DNA from: Dehalococcoidia bacterium
Lineage (GTDB): Bacteria > Chloroflexota > Dehalococcoidia > UBA2979
NCBI GenBank assembly: GCA_965262725.1
Contig: OZ253555.1
Location: forward strand, 1,856,001-1,920,000
Length of the DNA stretch: 64,000 bases
Direction of reading: 5' to 3'
Shown here: positions 49,479 through 60,149 of the stretch, one piece after another
Position numbering within the stretch: position 1 is the first letter of the stretch
Layout: each line of letters begins with the position of its first letter
The notes under the pieces: generated by a model
What the model saw: the letters and a program-made list of their open reading frames with translations, nothing else
What the model was told of the DNA's origin: nothing
Databases searched by the model: none
Program-made: the position numbers and the translations under genes

Positions 49479-51154
49479 CCCGTGATCCACGCTATTGTTT
49501 GGCCCCACATTCTGAGGAAGCATGACCTCCTGTTGGCGTCACCGCCCTCGGGGGCATGCTTCCCTACCTCGACCTGCTGGCAGTCTCGGGTCTGCGCCAG
49601 TTGGCTGGAGCGTCACGCTCCCACGGCCCGCGCGCAGGGCTGGAGCGAGAGCCAGCTCTCCGTCGCCCTCGTGCTCCTCAACCTCGCCGGCGGCGAGTCG
49701 GTCGACGACATCGCCATGCTCGAGCAGGACCAGGGCCTGGGGCAGGTCGTGCGCGCGGCCGAGCTCCAGGGCGTGCGCCGCCGCAGCCTGCCCTCCCCCT
49801 CCGCCCTGCGTCGCTACCTGGAGTCGTTCCAAGGAGGAGCGGCGGGAGCGTGGACGGGCCTTCATCCCCGCGCCCGGCGCCGCCCTGCGCGGCCTGGGAA
49901 AGGTCAACGCCGAGCTCATGCGCTTCCTGCAGCGCCGGGCGCCGCAGACGCAGGCCACGCTCGACATGGACGCCACTGTGGTGGAGACGCAGAAGCGGAC
50001 GGCGCTCTACAGCTACGCGGGGACGCGCGCCTACCAGCCGCTCACGACCTACTGGGCGGAGGCCGGCCTGGTCGTCCACTCCGAGTTCCGCGACGGCAAC
50101 GTGCCCGCCGGCCACGAGCAGCGGCGCGTGCTCGAGGAGGCGCTTCAGCACCTGCCCGCGGGGGTGGAGCGGGTGCTGAAGCGCTCGGACACGGCCGGGT
50201 ACCAGTGGGAGCTGCTGCGCTCCTGCGCCGAGGGGCGCAACGAGCGCTTCGGGGTGATCGAGTTCGCCGTGGGTGCGGACGTGAGCACGGCCTTCAAGAC
50301 GGCTGTGGCGGAGGTGGACGAGGCGGAGTGGCGCGCGCTCTCAGGCGCCGGCGGCGAGGAGACGGGGCAGCAGTACGCCGAGGTGTGCTTCGTGCCGAAG
50401 GGGCTCGGGTACTCGCGCAAGGGGCCGGACTACCTCTTCCTCGCGATCCGCGAGCCGCTGCGCAATCCGCCCTTGCCGGGGATGGAGGAGGGACTGCCCG
50501 CCGTCGAGCTGGGAGGCGCGGGCTGGTACCGCATCCGCGGGGTCGTCAGCAACCGCCACGGCCTGCCCGGCGATGAGCTCATCCGCTGGTACCGGGCGCG
50601 CTGTGGCAAGGGCGAGGAGGTCCACGGCGTGATGAAGACGGACCTGGCGGGCGGGCGCCTGCCCGCGGGCCTGTTCGGGGCGAACGCGGCCTGGTGGGCG
50701 CACGTGCTGCTGGCCTTCAACCTGCACGCGGCGCTGAAGACGCTGGGGCTGGGGCCGGCGTGGGCGGGCAAGCGCATGAAGGCCGTGCGCTTCGCGCTGC
50801 TCGGGCTCCCCGGCCGCGTGGTCCGCCACGCGCGGAGGCTCATCATCCAACTGAGCGCCGGCCACCCCTCCTACGGGCTGCTGCTGTCTGCCCGTCGCAA
50901 CATCCTGGCGCTCGCCCACGTACCGCCCTGACCCAGGCGCGGCCTCCCGCACGGACCTCACTCGGGCGACCGGACGCAGTCGGCCTGGCGGTCGCATCCC
51001 CTCATCCCTGTCTCACCATCGCCGCCTCACCGCCCCCGAGCGTTGCCAGCCGCCCGGCAGCGCTCTGGCGCTCCCGCAGCTTCCCGAGAGCCCCTGCGGA
51101 GCGCGAATCACGCCCCCCACCGCCCCCTCGATGCACTCGGGTGGCGGATATGGG
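49479..51154 (+). mobile_element. Degraded IS1380-family element (different subfamily), frameshifted transposase about 49600-50931
   Basis: TLDMDAT, AYQPL, SEFRDGNVPA, RSDTAGY, RCGKGEE...MKTDLAGGRLP...GANAAW; ends only tentative. Confidence 0.8.
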
Positions 51155-51218
51155 CTGGTCTAGAACCTCTACTCAGGTTATACGATACCGGCAGCAAAGC
51201 GCTTAGGAGAGGATCGGT

Positions 51219-54200
51219 GTGGGGCTGATGTCAGATATCCCACGGGAACCGGCGGTCAGAGACGAGCGTGAGCAGCGCGCGGTCCCACCCGATCGTTCCG
51301 CCAGTGCCGCGACGTCAGCCGGGGCGGGCGCTCCGAGCCGCTGGTTCGTCGCCCTGCTGATCTTCGTCCTGATCGGCGCTGTCTGGGCGCTCGGCATGAC
51401 GCCTGTCGTGGACGCCAACGACAGCGACGGGCTCGCTCGAGATGGCGCATTGCAGGCGCCCATGACCGTCGATGCCGTCGTCGGGTGGGGGGTTTCTGTC
51501 TTCGAAGTGAGAGTGCCCGAGGGCGGCAGCCAGACTTACACTATGAAGCTGACCAAGCAGCCCACCGCCAGCGTGGTGATTAACTTGACCAGCACCGGCA
51601 GCGCCGACGTGACGGTGTCTCCGGCCTCCCTGACATTTTCCACGAGCAACTGGGCCACGAGGCAGACAGTGACGGTGCGGGCCGCCCAGGACGCTGACGC
51701 GAGGCCGGACAGTGCCTTCATCAACCATGCAGTTGCCTCCAGTAGCGCCAGTGAGTACGTCACCTACTGGAACAGCTTGACCAACTCTCGGCTTGGCGTG
51801 GTCGTCGACGACGACGAAGCCCCCGGGTTGACGCTGTCCACGTCCACGCTGACAGTGCCCGAGGGCGGCACGGCCACATACACGGTGAAGCTGGACGTGC
51901 TGCCCACCTCCAACGTCGTGATCGCCGTGAAGAGGAAGACGGGCAGTAGCGACGTGACGGTCTCGCCGGCCAACCTGACCTTCACGCCGAGCAACTGGGA
52001 CACGGCGCAGACGGTGACGGTGGCCGCCGCCCAGGACGACGACGGCGTTCCCGACAGGGCCACCATCGCCCACGCGGTGGTGGCCGCCGAGAGCGCCGAC
52101 GAGTACGACACTGTGACGATCCGCTCGGTGCCGGTGACCGTCTTCGATAACGACATCTCCTACAGGGTGCACGTGTCCGATGAGCGGGTGGTGGCGCGCG
52201 AGGAGCGCTTGTACATCAACCTCTATCATTTGGGCCTCAGTGTGCGGCCCACCTCCAACGTGGTGATCACCGTGAGCAGCAGCAACACGGGAGCCGTGCT
52301 CGTTCGGAACTCTCCGCTGATCTTCACCCCGACCAAGTGGAAACGAATCGATGTCCTCGTGAACCTCGTCCTCGACGACAATGCGGTTGATGAACAGGTC
52401 ACGCTCAGCCACAGGGTGGACAACGCCCGCAGCGCCGACGAGTACGACAATGTGAACATCGGAGCGGTGGTGGTGACGGTCGACGATTGGCACCAGGCCG
52501 GGGTCAGGGTGTCTACGTCTGCGCTATGGGTTTCTGAGGGCGGCAGCGGTTACTACGGGGTGGGCCTGAGCTCGGAGCCTTCCTCCGACGTGGTGATCCG
52601 CGTGACCAAGAGCGGCAGCTCCGACGTGACGCTGGACACCGACACGGGGACATCCGGCAACCAGGACAGGCTGACCTTCACGCCGAGCAACTGGAAAACG
52701 GCGCAGATCGTGATGGTGGCCGCAGCCCAGGACGGCGACGCCGATCCCGACACGGCCACCATCAGCCACATGGTGGTGGACGCCAGCAGCGCCAGGGAGT
52801 ACGCCCCGGTGACCGACGTCGCGCTCCCGGTGACCGTGGTCGAAGACGATGTTGCTGGTTTTACGTTGTCCGCGTCCAAGCTGGTATTGTCCGAGGGCCA
52901 CAGCAAAACCTACACCGTGAAGCTGGACGCACAGCCCTCCTCCGACGTGGTGATCACGCTCAGAAGAAGCAACGCGGAAGTGAAGTCGTCGCCTAGCCGG
53001 CTGACCTTCACCCCATCGAACTGGAACGTGGCGCAGAGGGTGACGGTGCGGTCGTTCAGGGATCCGAACACGGCGAATGAAACGGCAACGATTGGGCACG
53101 CCGTGGAAGATGAAAGCAGCGCCGATGAGTACGATGACGTGAACCACCGCTGGCTGGCAGTGACCGTCATCGACTACCACCCCCCCGCCGATGTGAACCC
53201 GCCCCCCAGCGGCGGCCCCAGCGCCGCCAACGCACCCAGCGGCGGCGGCGGCGGCCCCAGCGGCGCCAGCGGCCCCAGCGGCGCCAGCGGCCCCAGCGGC
53301 GCCAGCGGCCCCAGCGGCGCCAGCGGCGCCAGCCCAAGTGAGGCCGACTTCGAGTGGACTGTCGAGCGGGACATCGAGGAGTTGGACAGCGGTCACGACA
53401 CGCCCACAGGGCTGTGGTCTGACGGGGCCATCCTCTGGATCGCCCAGAACGGCGATGGCGCCGACGACGCCATCTACGCCTACGGCCTCAGGACCGGTGA
53501 GCGTGTCGAAGACCGTGCACTCAGGCTCGACGAGCGCAACAGCACCCCGCGCGGGGTCTGGTCCGATGGGACGACCATGTGGATCGCGGACAGTGGCCAG
53601 GGCAAGCTCTTCGCCTATGGCCTCGAGACCAGTGACCGACTCCCCGACGCGGACATTGGAACGGCGACTCGCAATCGCGACCCCCGCGGGATCTGGTCCG
53701 GGGGCGTCACCGTCTGGGTTCTCGACGGCAGCGCCGGCGCACTCTTCGCCTACGACATCGAGAGCGGCGACCTGCTCGCCGAGTACGCTCTCCACTCCGC
53801 CAACGACAGTCCCAACGGCATCTGGTCCGACGGCGTCACCGTCTGGGTCTCCAACGACGACCCGAAGAGCCTCTTCGCCTACCGCCTCCCCGCGCTGCCG
53901 GATGAAGCGGTCGAGTCTGGCGAGGAGGAGGCCAGGGAACTCGAGCGCGTCCGCGACGAGGAGTTCGGGCGACTGAGCGGGGCCGGCAACAACAGCCCCC
54001 GCGGCATCTGGTCCGACGGCGAGGTCATGTACGTCGCCGACGAGAACGACAACAAGGTCTACACCTACAACATGCCTGACGCCATCGATGCGCGGCTCGC
54101 TTCCCTCTCTCTGAGCGGCATCGACATCGGCGAATTCGATCCTGGCCGGACGGAATACCAGGGCACGTTTGGCGAAGGGCTAACGGAGACGGTCGTGTCG

Positions 54201-54977
54201 GCCGAGGCAATCGAGCCCGCTACCACCGTCGCGATCGAGCCGCCAGATACTGAGGGGGATGTGGAGGGATACCAGGTCGCCGTGGAGGGCCATGACTACA
54301 TCACCATCACCGTGACATCGGCCGATGGCAGCCGCTCGCGGGTCTACCGCGTGCGGCTCGCCGAGCCGGCGTGGGATCCGGTTCGCGATCTCTGGCCACA
54401 CTGCCTGAGCGGCGCCGTCGTCCAGGGCTTCAGCCTCGTCGTCTACGAGGGGGGCAGCATTGAGGAACTGGTCGAGTGCGCCGAGAGCCGGGGCATCGCG
54501 GCCTTCCACATCCTGCATGAGGGCGTCTACGTCTCCTACATCCTCGGGGCGCCGGACTTCGTGAACCGCGAGTTCAGGGAGCTATTCCCCGACGGGCTCG
54601 CAGCCATGGCGCCGCTGGTCGCCGGGAGTAACGGACCACCCTCGGCGGACCCGTTCGGGGATGACCTTGACCACGAGAGGCAGCAGCCGTGGCCGGAGTG
54701 CCTGCGCGGCACCGTCGTCGAGGGCTTCAGCCTCGTCGTTTACGAGGGGGGCAGCGTTCAGGAGTTGGGCGGGTGCGCGGCGAGCCGGCACGTGACTGCC
54801 CTCTACGCCCTGCAAGAAGGCGAGTTCGTTCCGTACGTCCCTGGAGCGCCGGACTTCGTAAACAGGGCCTTCCACGAACTGTACGCTGACGGTCTGGCCC
54901 CCATGGCGCCATTGGTCGCCAAGAGCACCGGGCCGCCCGTGGCCGGCGCAGGTGGGGGCGCCGCCGCTGAGAACTAG
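51219..54977 (+). CDS. Large secreted/surface protein: 5 Calx-beta/Ig-like repeats, GPSGAS linker, GIWSDG propeller-like repeats, cadherin-like sandwich, duplicated C-terminal domain
   Basis: N-terminal hydrophobic helix; repeated V.EGG..TYTVKL...LTFTPSNW...QTVTV.A.QD; five G[LVI]WS[DG]G; two WPxCL...GAPDFVNRxF repeats. Confidence 0.88.
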   Translation: MGLMSDIPREPAVRDEREQRAVPPDRSASAATSAGAGAPSRWFVALLIFVLIGAVWALGMTPVVDANDSDGLARDGALQAPMTVDAVVGWGVSVFEVRVPEGGSQTYTMKLTKQPTASVVINLTSTGSADVTVSPASLTFSTSNWATRQTVTVRAAQDADARPDSAFINHAVASSSASEYVTYWNSLTNSRLGVVVDDDEAPGLTLSTSTLTVPEGGTATYTVKLDVLPTSNVVIAVKRKTGSSDVTVSPANLTFTPSNWDTAQTVTVAAAQDDDGVPDRATIAHAVVAAESADEYDTVTIRSVPVTVFDNDISYRVHVSDERVVAREERLYINLYHLGLSVRPTSNVVITVSSSNTGAVLVRNSPLIFTPTKWKRIDVLVNLVLDDNAVDEQVTLSHRVDNARSADEYDNVNIGAVVVTVDDWHQAGVRVSTSALWVSEGGSGYYGVGLSSEPSSDVVIRVTKSGSSDVTLDTDTGTSGNQDRLTFTPSNWKTAQIVMVAAAQDGDADPDTATISHMVVDASSAREYAPVTDVALPVTVVEDDVAGFTLSASKLVLSEGHSKTYTVKLDAQPSSDVVITLRRSNAEVKSSPSRLTFTPSNWNVAQRVTVRSFRDPNTANETATIGHAVEDESSADEYDDVNHRWLAVTVIDYHPPADVNPPPSGGPSAANAPSGGGGGPSGASGPSGASGPSGASGPSGASGASPSEADFEWTVERDIEELDSGHDTPTGLWSDGAILWIAQNGDGADDAIYAYGLRTGERVEDRALRLDERNSTPRGVWSDGTTMWIADSGQGKLFAYGLETSDRLPDADIGTATRNRDPRGIWSGGVTVWVLDGSAGALFAYDIESGDLLAEYALHSANDSPNGIWSDGVTVWVSNDDPKSLFAYRLPALPDEAVESGEEEARELERVRDEEFGRLSGAGNNSPRGIWSDGEVMYVADENDNKVYTYNMPDAIDARLASLSLSGIDIGEFDPGRTEYQGTFGEGLTETVVSAEAIEPATTVAIEPPDTEGDVEGYQVAVEGHDYITITVTSADGSRSRVYRVRLAEPAWDPVRDLWPHCLSGAVVQGFSLVVYEGGSIEELVECAESRGIAAFHILHEGVYVSYILGAPDFVNREFRELFPDGLAAMAPLVAGSNGPPSADPFGDDLDHERQQPWPECLRGTVVEGFSLVVYEGGSVQELGGCAASRHVTALYALQEGEFVPYVPGAPDFVNRAFHELYADGLAPMAPLVAKSTGPPVAGAGGGAAAEN
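53253..53333 (+). repeat. 18-bp in-frame tandem repeat (GGCCCCAGCGGCGCCAGC x4.5)
   Basis: Perfect units encoding GPSGAS. Confidence 0.95.
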
Positions 54978-55379
54978 CAGGGTCGCCTCATGGGTTGCGT
55001 GGTCATCAGCAAGTTCAGGGGCCAGGAGACCGTATGCACTGAGCGCACGGACTCACATGACCGGAGCCACCATCAGCTCCGTGCAGTGGATCCCGACCGC
55101 TCGAAGCCGCGAGGCGCGGGATGAGTCGGGCACAGCGACTGGTACAGGATCGGGGGCAAGTCCACCGCAGTTCGCAGTGCAGATGAGGATGCTACAGCGC
55201 GGCCTGCGCGGGGCGTGCTCGACCCGATGACGCTCTTCGCCGTGGGCGCGCCCGAGGGTGCTCCCTTCAGCGAGCGGCTGCGGGCGGCGAGGCGCGGTCA
55301 TCGCCGCCGCGGGCGCATCGTCAGTCAACTGATCGCGCGCGCTGCATACGTCGTCTGGTTCGAGACGGCGCACCCGGGC

Positions 55380-55460
55380 CTGCGGGTCCGTCGCCTCGGC
55401 TGCTCCGGCTCCTCGGCCATAAACTCCGCCCAGGAGAACAGCGACCATTGCCCCTCCGGA
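55380..55460 (-). pseudogene. Helicase C-terminal tail fragment
   Basis: PEGQWSLFSWAEFMAEEPEQPRRR; nucleotide match AACTCCGCCCAGGAGAACAG to 45684. Confidence 0.55.
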
Positions 55461-55466
55461 GCCTAG

Positions 55467-55616
55467 CATGCTGCTGAAAACCCCTGATCCTGAGCCGCAG
55501 GGTCTCGCTGGCCATTCGGTGGGCTGGCGTAGAGCCCAGAAACATTGGGTTTCTTGATGTCGCGGTCAGCGCGATTTCAGCCCAAAACCGCCGCGGCAGA
55601 CTTTTTCATCATCCTG
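55467..55616. mobile_element. 150-bp MITE related to the IS5 at 56419-57716
   Basis: CTAG on both sides; ends CATGCTGCTGAAAACCCCTGATC / CTTTTTCATCATCCTG match the IS5 ends; no ORF. Confidence 0.88.
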
Positions 55617-55703
55617 CTAGTGTCCTGAGTCGCAATAGCGACATATAACGGGTATGGTGCGGCACAGCGGGGTTTTGCCCCATGGGGCAGACTCTGGAGT
55701 GTC

Positions 55704-56395
55704 ATGAGCACCCGAATCGGACGGCCGACGGTCGCGATCGTCCTGAGCGACGAGGAGCGTGAGACGCTGGAGCGGTGGGCGCGCCGGCCGACATCGGCCC
55801 AGGCGCTGGCGCATCGTCCTTGCAGCAGCCGAGGGGACATCGAATAGGGCGATCGGCGCGGCGCTCGATTGCCATCCGGTCACCGTCGGCAAGTGGCGCC
55901 GACGCTTTGCGCAGTGGCGGCTCGATGGGCTACAGGATGAGCGGCGCCCTGGGGCGCCGCGCACGATCACTGATGCACAAGTGGAAGCGGTGATCGTCAA
56001 AACGCTGGAGGAGCAGCCTTCCGACGCGACGCACTGGTCGACCAGATCGATGGCAGCCGCGCTCGGGATGTCGCAGTCGGCGATCGTCAGGATCTGGCGC
56101 GCCTTCGGCCTGAAGCCGCACCTCGTGGAGACCTTCAAGCTGTCGCCCGGCCCGCAGTTCATCGACAAGGTGCGCGACGTGGCCGGACTCTATCTCAACC
56201 CGCCCGACGCGGCCGTTGTGCTGTGTGTGGACGAGAAGACCCAGGTCCAGGCACTCGACCGCACCGCTCCGATGTTGCCGATGATGCCCAACGTCCCCAC
56301 CCGCCAGACGCACGACTACATCCGTCACGGCACGACGAACCTCTACGCAGCGATCGATGTCGCCTCGGGACACGTGATCACGGAGATGACCCCCC
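55704..56395 (+). pseudogene. IS630-family transposase (frameshifted, truncated)
   Basis: LSDEERETLERWARRPTSAQAL / VGKWRRRF, THWSTRSMA, VLCVDEKTQVQALDR, DYIRHGTTNL; left end TA|GTGTCC near 55620. Confidence 0.9.
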
Positions 56396-56418
56396 TGTTG
56401 CGATCGGTCTCGATCTAG

Positions 56419-57716
56419 CAGGGTGATGAAAAACCCCTGATCGTCTGGCAAGATGGAGTTGGCGGCGGGGGCGTAGCCTGGAGGCTGCCCCATGCGAGGC
56501 GACGCCGAGCGTCAGACGAACATGCTGCTGGCGGTGACGCCGGACTCCTTCATCCCGGACGACCACCCGATTCGCCGCATCAAGCCGATCGTCGATGCCG
56601 CGCTGCGGCGGCTCTCGCCGCTGTTCGACACGATGTACTCAACGGAGGGGCGGCCCTCGATCCCGCCCGAGCATCTGCTCAAGGCGAGCCTGCTGATCGC
56701 GCTCTACTCGATCCGCAGCGAGCGCCAGTTCTGCGAGCGGCTGCGCTACGACCTGCTGTTCAAGTGGTTCCTGGACCTCAACATCTCAGACGAGCCCTTC
56801 AACGCCACCACGTTCTCCAAGAACCGCGAGCGCCTGCTCGCGGCCAGCGTCGCACGCGCTTTCTTCGCCGAGGTGGTGGCCGAGGCGAGGCGGCGCAGGC
56901 TGCTCTCGGCCGAGCACTTCACCGTCGACGGGACGCTGCTCGAGGCGTGGGCGTCACTGAAGAGCTACCGCCCGCGCGACGACCAGGACCCGCCGTCCGG
57001 GGGCGGGCGCAACCCGGAGGTCGATTTCCGGGGGCAGCAGCGGCGCAGCGACACCCACGCCAGCAGCACGGACCCCGAAGCGCGGCTCTACCGCAAGGGG
57101 CGGGGGCAGAAAGCGGCGCTCAGCTACATGGGTCACCTGTTGACGGAGAACCGGCACGGCCTGGTGGTGGACGTCGAACTCACCGAAGCGCACGGACGCG
57201 CCGAGCGCGAGGCGGCAGTCGCGATGGTGGAGCGCAGCACCACAGGCCGCGCCACGCTGGGAGCAGACCGCGGCTACGACACGCGTGACTTCGTGGCGCA
57301 GCTGCGCTCGCGCGGGGTGACCCCGCACGTGGCGGTCAACGACCACCGCTGGGGTCACGGGGCAATCGACGGGCGCACGACGCGGCACGACGGCTACGCG
57401 CTGAGTCAGCGCCGGCGCAAGCGCGTCGAAGAGGTCTTCGGCTGGATCAAGACCGTGGGCGGAGGCCGCAAGCTCCGCTACGTGGGAGCCGCCGCCAACC
57501 GCTTCTGGCTGGAGCTCAACGCATCGGCCTACAACCTGGTCCGCATCGCCAAACTCGAACTCGACCCGGCGTAGGCGCAGTGCGCCCTCCTGCCTGTCTG
57601 CAGCCCCTGCAGACAGCCGCAGGGCAGCTCAGGAGCAACGACCGCACCGCCGCGGGGCGGCTTCAGCGCCGCCCGACGCCTCTCGCCACCACCGCAGCGG
57701 CTTTTTCAGCAGCCTG
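56419..57716 (+). mobile_element. IS5-family element
   Basis: IRs CAGGGTGATGAAAAA / TTTTTCAGCAGCCTG; CTAG TSD. Confidence 0.93.
56492..57574 (+). CDS. IS5-family transposase
   Basis: MRG start, GRPSIPPE, HFTVDGTLLEAWAS, LGADRGYD, RKRVEEVFGWIK. Confidence 0.95.
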   Translation: MRGDAERQTNMLLAVTPDSFIPDDHPIRRIKPIVDAALRRLSPLFDTMYSTEGRPSIPPEHLLKASLLIALYSIRSERQFCERLRYDLLFKWFLDLNISDEPFNATTFSKNRERLLAASVARAFFAEVVAEARRRRLLSAEHFTVDGTLLEAWASLKSYRPRDDQDPPSGGGRNPEVDFRGQQRRSDTHASSTDPEARLYRKGRGQKAALSYMGHLLTENRHGLVVDVELTEAHGRAEREAAVAMVERSTTGRATLGADRGYDTRDFVAQLRSRGVTPHVAVNDHRWGHGAIDGRTTRHDGYALSQRRRKRVEEVFGWIKTVGGGRKLRYVGAAANRFWLELNASAYNLVRIAKLELDPA

Positions 57717-57754
57717 CTAGACCAAGTGATCGGTCTAAAACCCGGCACCGGGCG

Positions 57755-57874
57755 CGGCGTGACCGGCGGCAGACCCTCGCGGAACTGCTGCACGAAGGCG
57801 TCGTTGACAAACTCCGGCGCTCCGAAGATGTAGGGCAGCCACTCGCCCGCCGCGAGCGCGTAGGCAGCCGTCAC
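57755..57874 (-). pseudogene. Fragment of a paralog of the surface-protein C-terminal domain
   Basis: VTAAYALAAGEWLPYIFGAPEFVNDAFVQQFREGLPPVTP versus VTALYALQEGEFVPYVPGAPDFVNRAFHELYADGLAPMAP. Confidence 0.8.
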
Positions 57875-58880
57875 GAGCGGTCGGCTCCCTCGAGCAGCGC
57901 GTTCAGCCCCGCGGCGGGCGGTGCGGTTTCTGCTCGGGAGACTGGGCGCCGTTTCCGCCCCTCCGCTCAGGACTGCCCGGTCTGTCGGCTCTCCATCTCC
58001 GGGAGGCCCGGCCGAGACGCTGCCGGCAGTCTCCGATGCCGGCCCCTTATCTCAAATCCACCGATCGAAGCGTGACAGGGCGGGATTCCGGGCTGCCGGA
58101 GAGTTCGGCAGGCGTGCCGGCGTTCGCCGGGCGGCGCCGGGGGCGGGCCGGCGCTGTGAGCGGGCGTCAGGCGGGGAGCGGAAGCGCCCGTAACCGCGCC
58201 AGGGCGGCTGTCCACTGGCCGGCCCAGGGCCAGCGCTTCGGGAGGTGCAGGGTCCAGCGCCGGGCAGAATGGGTGAGCCGTCCGGCGAGAGCGAAGAAGC
58301 GCCGCCTGAGCGTCCTGGTCGTCACGATTCCCTCGCCGAGCCCGAGGCGCGCCGTCCAGCGGGCGAGGTTGTGCGCGATCACCTGCACCGCGAGCCACGC
58401 CGCGTTCGCGGCGAAGCGGCCCGAGGGGAGATGGTTCAGCCCGACGCCGTACTTGAGGTCGCGGATCGCGTTCTCGATCTCGGCGTGACGGCGATGGTCG
58501 GCCTCCAGCTCCATCATCTCCCCGGCGCGATCGGTGATGAAGGCGTGGTAGACACCCCATGTCCGTAACGCGCAAGGGGCGCCCCCACCCGGGCAGCGAA
58601 TCGGGGTGTCGGGTGCGCGATGCGCAAGGAGATCGTGAGCAGTCGGAGCGCCGTGTTAGAGCCGTGCGCGCGGCGGTGTTCCGAGGTCGACGCCGCCGGA
58701 GAGAATGGTCTTGGCCGGCGTGAGATGGGTGTCGGCTTCTGCGGACATGCGGTGGCTGGCCGACCGCTGCCGGTCGCCCGTGACGCGGGGTGCGCAGGTA
58801 CTCGCCTCGCCGAGTTGCGCCCTCAACGAGCTCCAGACCCTGGATGAGTCGCGGCCCGCCGAGGCGCTCCGCGACCTCCG

Positions 58881-60107
58881 TCAGGCGGCGAGCTCAGCGT
58901 CCTCGGTGCCCAGGCCGCCCCAGGCAGTCTCCTCGTCGTAGAGCCGGCGCTTGTGCAGGCAGCCGTGCAGGAACGCGACCAGGCGGTTGGCGAGGGCGCG
59001 CAGCGCCTGGTTGTGCCCGTCGCCGAGCGCCCGCCGCTGCTGGTAGTACGCCCGGCACCCGGGACTCGCCTGGAGCGAGCAGAACGCCCACATGTGTATC
59101 GCGTCGTAGAGGCGCCGGTTCCGCACGTGGCGCGCGGTGACCGCCCGCTTCCGCCCCGATGATATGGTGAGCGGCGACGTGCCCGCGTAGTTCCTGCGGG
59201 ACTTCGCGGACACGAAGCGTTCGGGGTCATCCCCGAACTCGCCCAGCACCCGGGCGCCGAGCACGGGCCCCAGGCCCGGCATCGACAGGTAAATCGCGGC
59301 GTCCGGGTGCTCCTCAAGAGACGCGGCCAGCTTCGACTCCAGTACCTCGAGTTGCCGGTTGATCTCCTGGAGCTGGGCAACCTGGGCGAGCACGCTGTCG
59401 GCGAACGCCTCGCTGAGCGCGGGCGCGACCGGGAGCGTGCGGAGCCGGAGTACCTCGCGTATCTCTTCCGCCCGCGTGTCCAGGTTGCGCTTGCGGCCTC
59501 CGCGCCTGAGCGCCGCGCGGAGCTGCGTCCGCGTCAGCTTCGCCGCCGCGAGCGGCTCCGGGGCGACGGCCAGCACCGAGAGCGCATCGGGATGCGTGAG
59601 GTCGGGGAAGGCCTGGAGTGCGGCCGGGAAGTACTGCAGCAGCGCGCTGCGCAGCCGGTTGCTCTCGCGGGTGCGATTCCAGACCAGCTGCTGCTGGGCG
59701 CGGGCGCGCACCTGCACGGCGGAGGCGAGGGCGCTGTCGCCCGCGACCGGCCGGTGGTTGTGGCTGTCGGTGCGGACGAGGTTCGCGAGCATGCGCGCAT
59801 CGCCCCGGTCCGACTTCCCGCCGCCGACCTGGTGTCGCTCGCGGTAGAGGGCCGCCACCCGCGGATTGATGGCGTAGACCCGGTAGCCCGCGCCGATGAG
59901 CGCTGCGACCCACGGGCCGCGGTCGGTCTCGATGCCGACCACGACCTGGCCGGCCTCCTGTGCATGCTCGGCGAGCAGCGCATGGAGCGCGGTCATGCCC
60001 TCCGCTCCCTCGGGGAGTCGCTTCGCCGCGAGGCTCTCGCCCTCCTCGTTCATGAGATGGACATCGTGATGGTCCTCGGCCCAGTCGTCCCCCACGTACA
60101 CCGTCAA
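58881..60107 (-). CDS. IS110 DEDD recombinase
   Basis: VGDDWA, GIET, KSDRGDA (RuvC-like DEDD); PGLGP...GEFGDDPERF, AGTSPLTISSG, ALRALANRL. Confidence 0.95.
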   Translation of the reverse strand: MTVYVGDDWAEDHHDVHLMNEEGESLAAKRLPEGAEGMTALHALLAEHAQEAGQVVVGIETDRGPWVAALIGAGYRVYAINPRVAALYRERHQVGGGKSDRGDARMLANLVRTDSHNHRPVAGDSALASAVQVRARAQQQLVWNRTRESNRLRSALLQYFPAALQAFPDLTHPDALSVLAVAPEPLAAAKLTRTQLRAALRRGGRKRNLDTRAEEIREVLRLRTLPVAPALSEAFADSVLAQVAQLQEINRQLEVLESKLAASLEEHPDAAIYLSMPGLGPVLGARVLGEFGDDPERFVSAKSRRNYAGTSPLTISSGRKRAVTARHVRNRRLYDAIHMWAFCSLQASPGCRAYYQQRRALGDGHNQALRALANRLVAFLHGCLHKRRLYDEETAWGGLGTEDAELAA

Positions 60108-60149
60108 CCCGTGCTCCCTTCCGTCCCACCTGTCCGTCCCACCTGGCTG

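Noticed and set aside
53221-53340. Short repeats as a possible CRISPR array
   Set aside because: Tandem, no spacers, in-frame coding. No CRISPR array or cas gene was seen in the window.
60121-60145. CCGTCCCACCTG tandem duplication upstream of the IS110 recombinase
   Set aside because: Only two copies, outside the guide loops; likely slippage, no function supportable.
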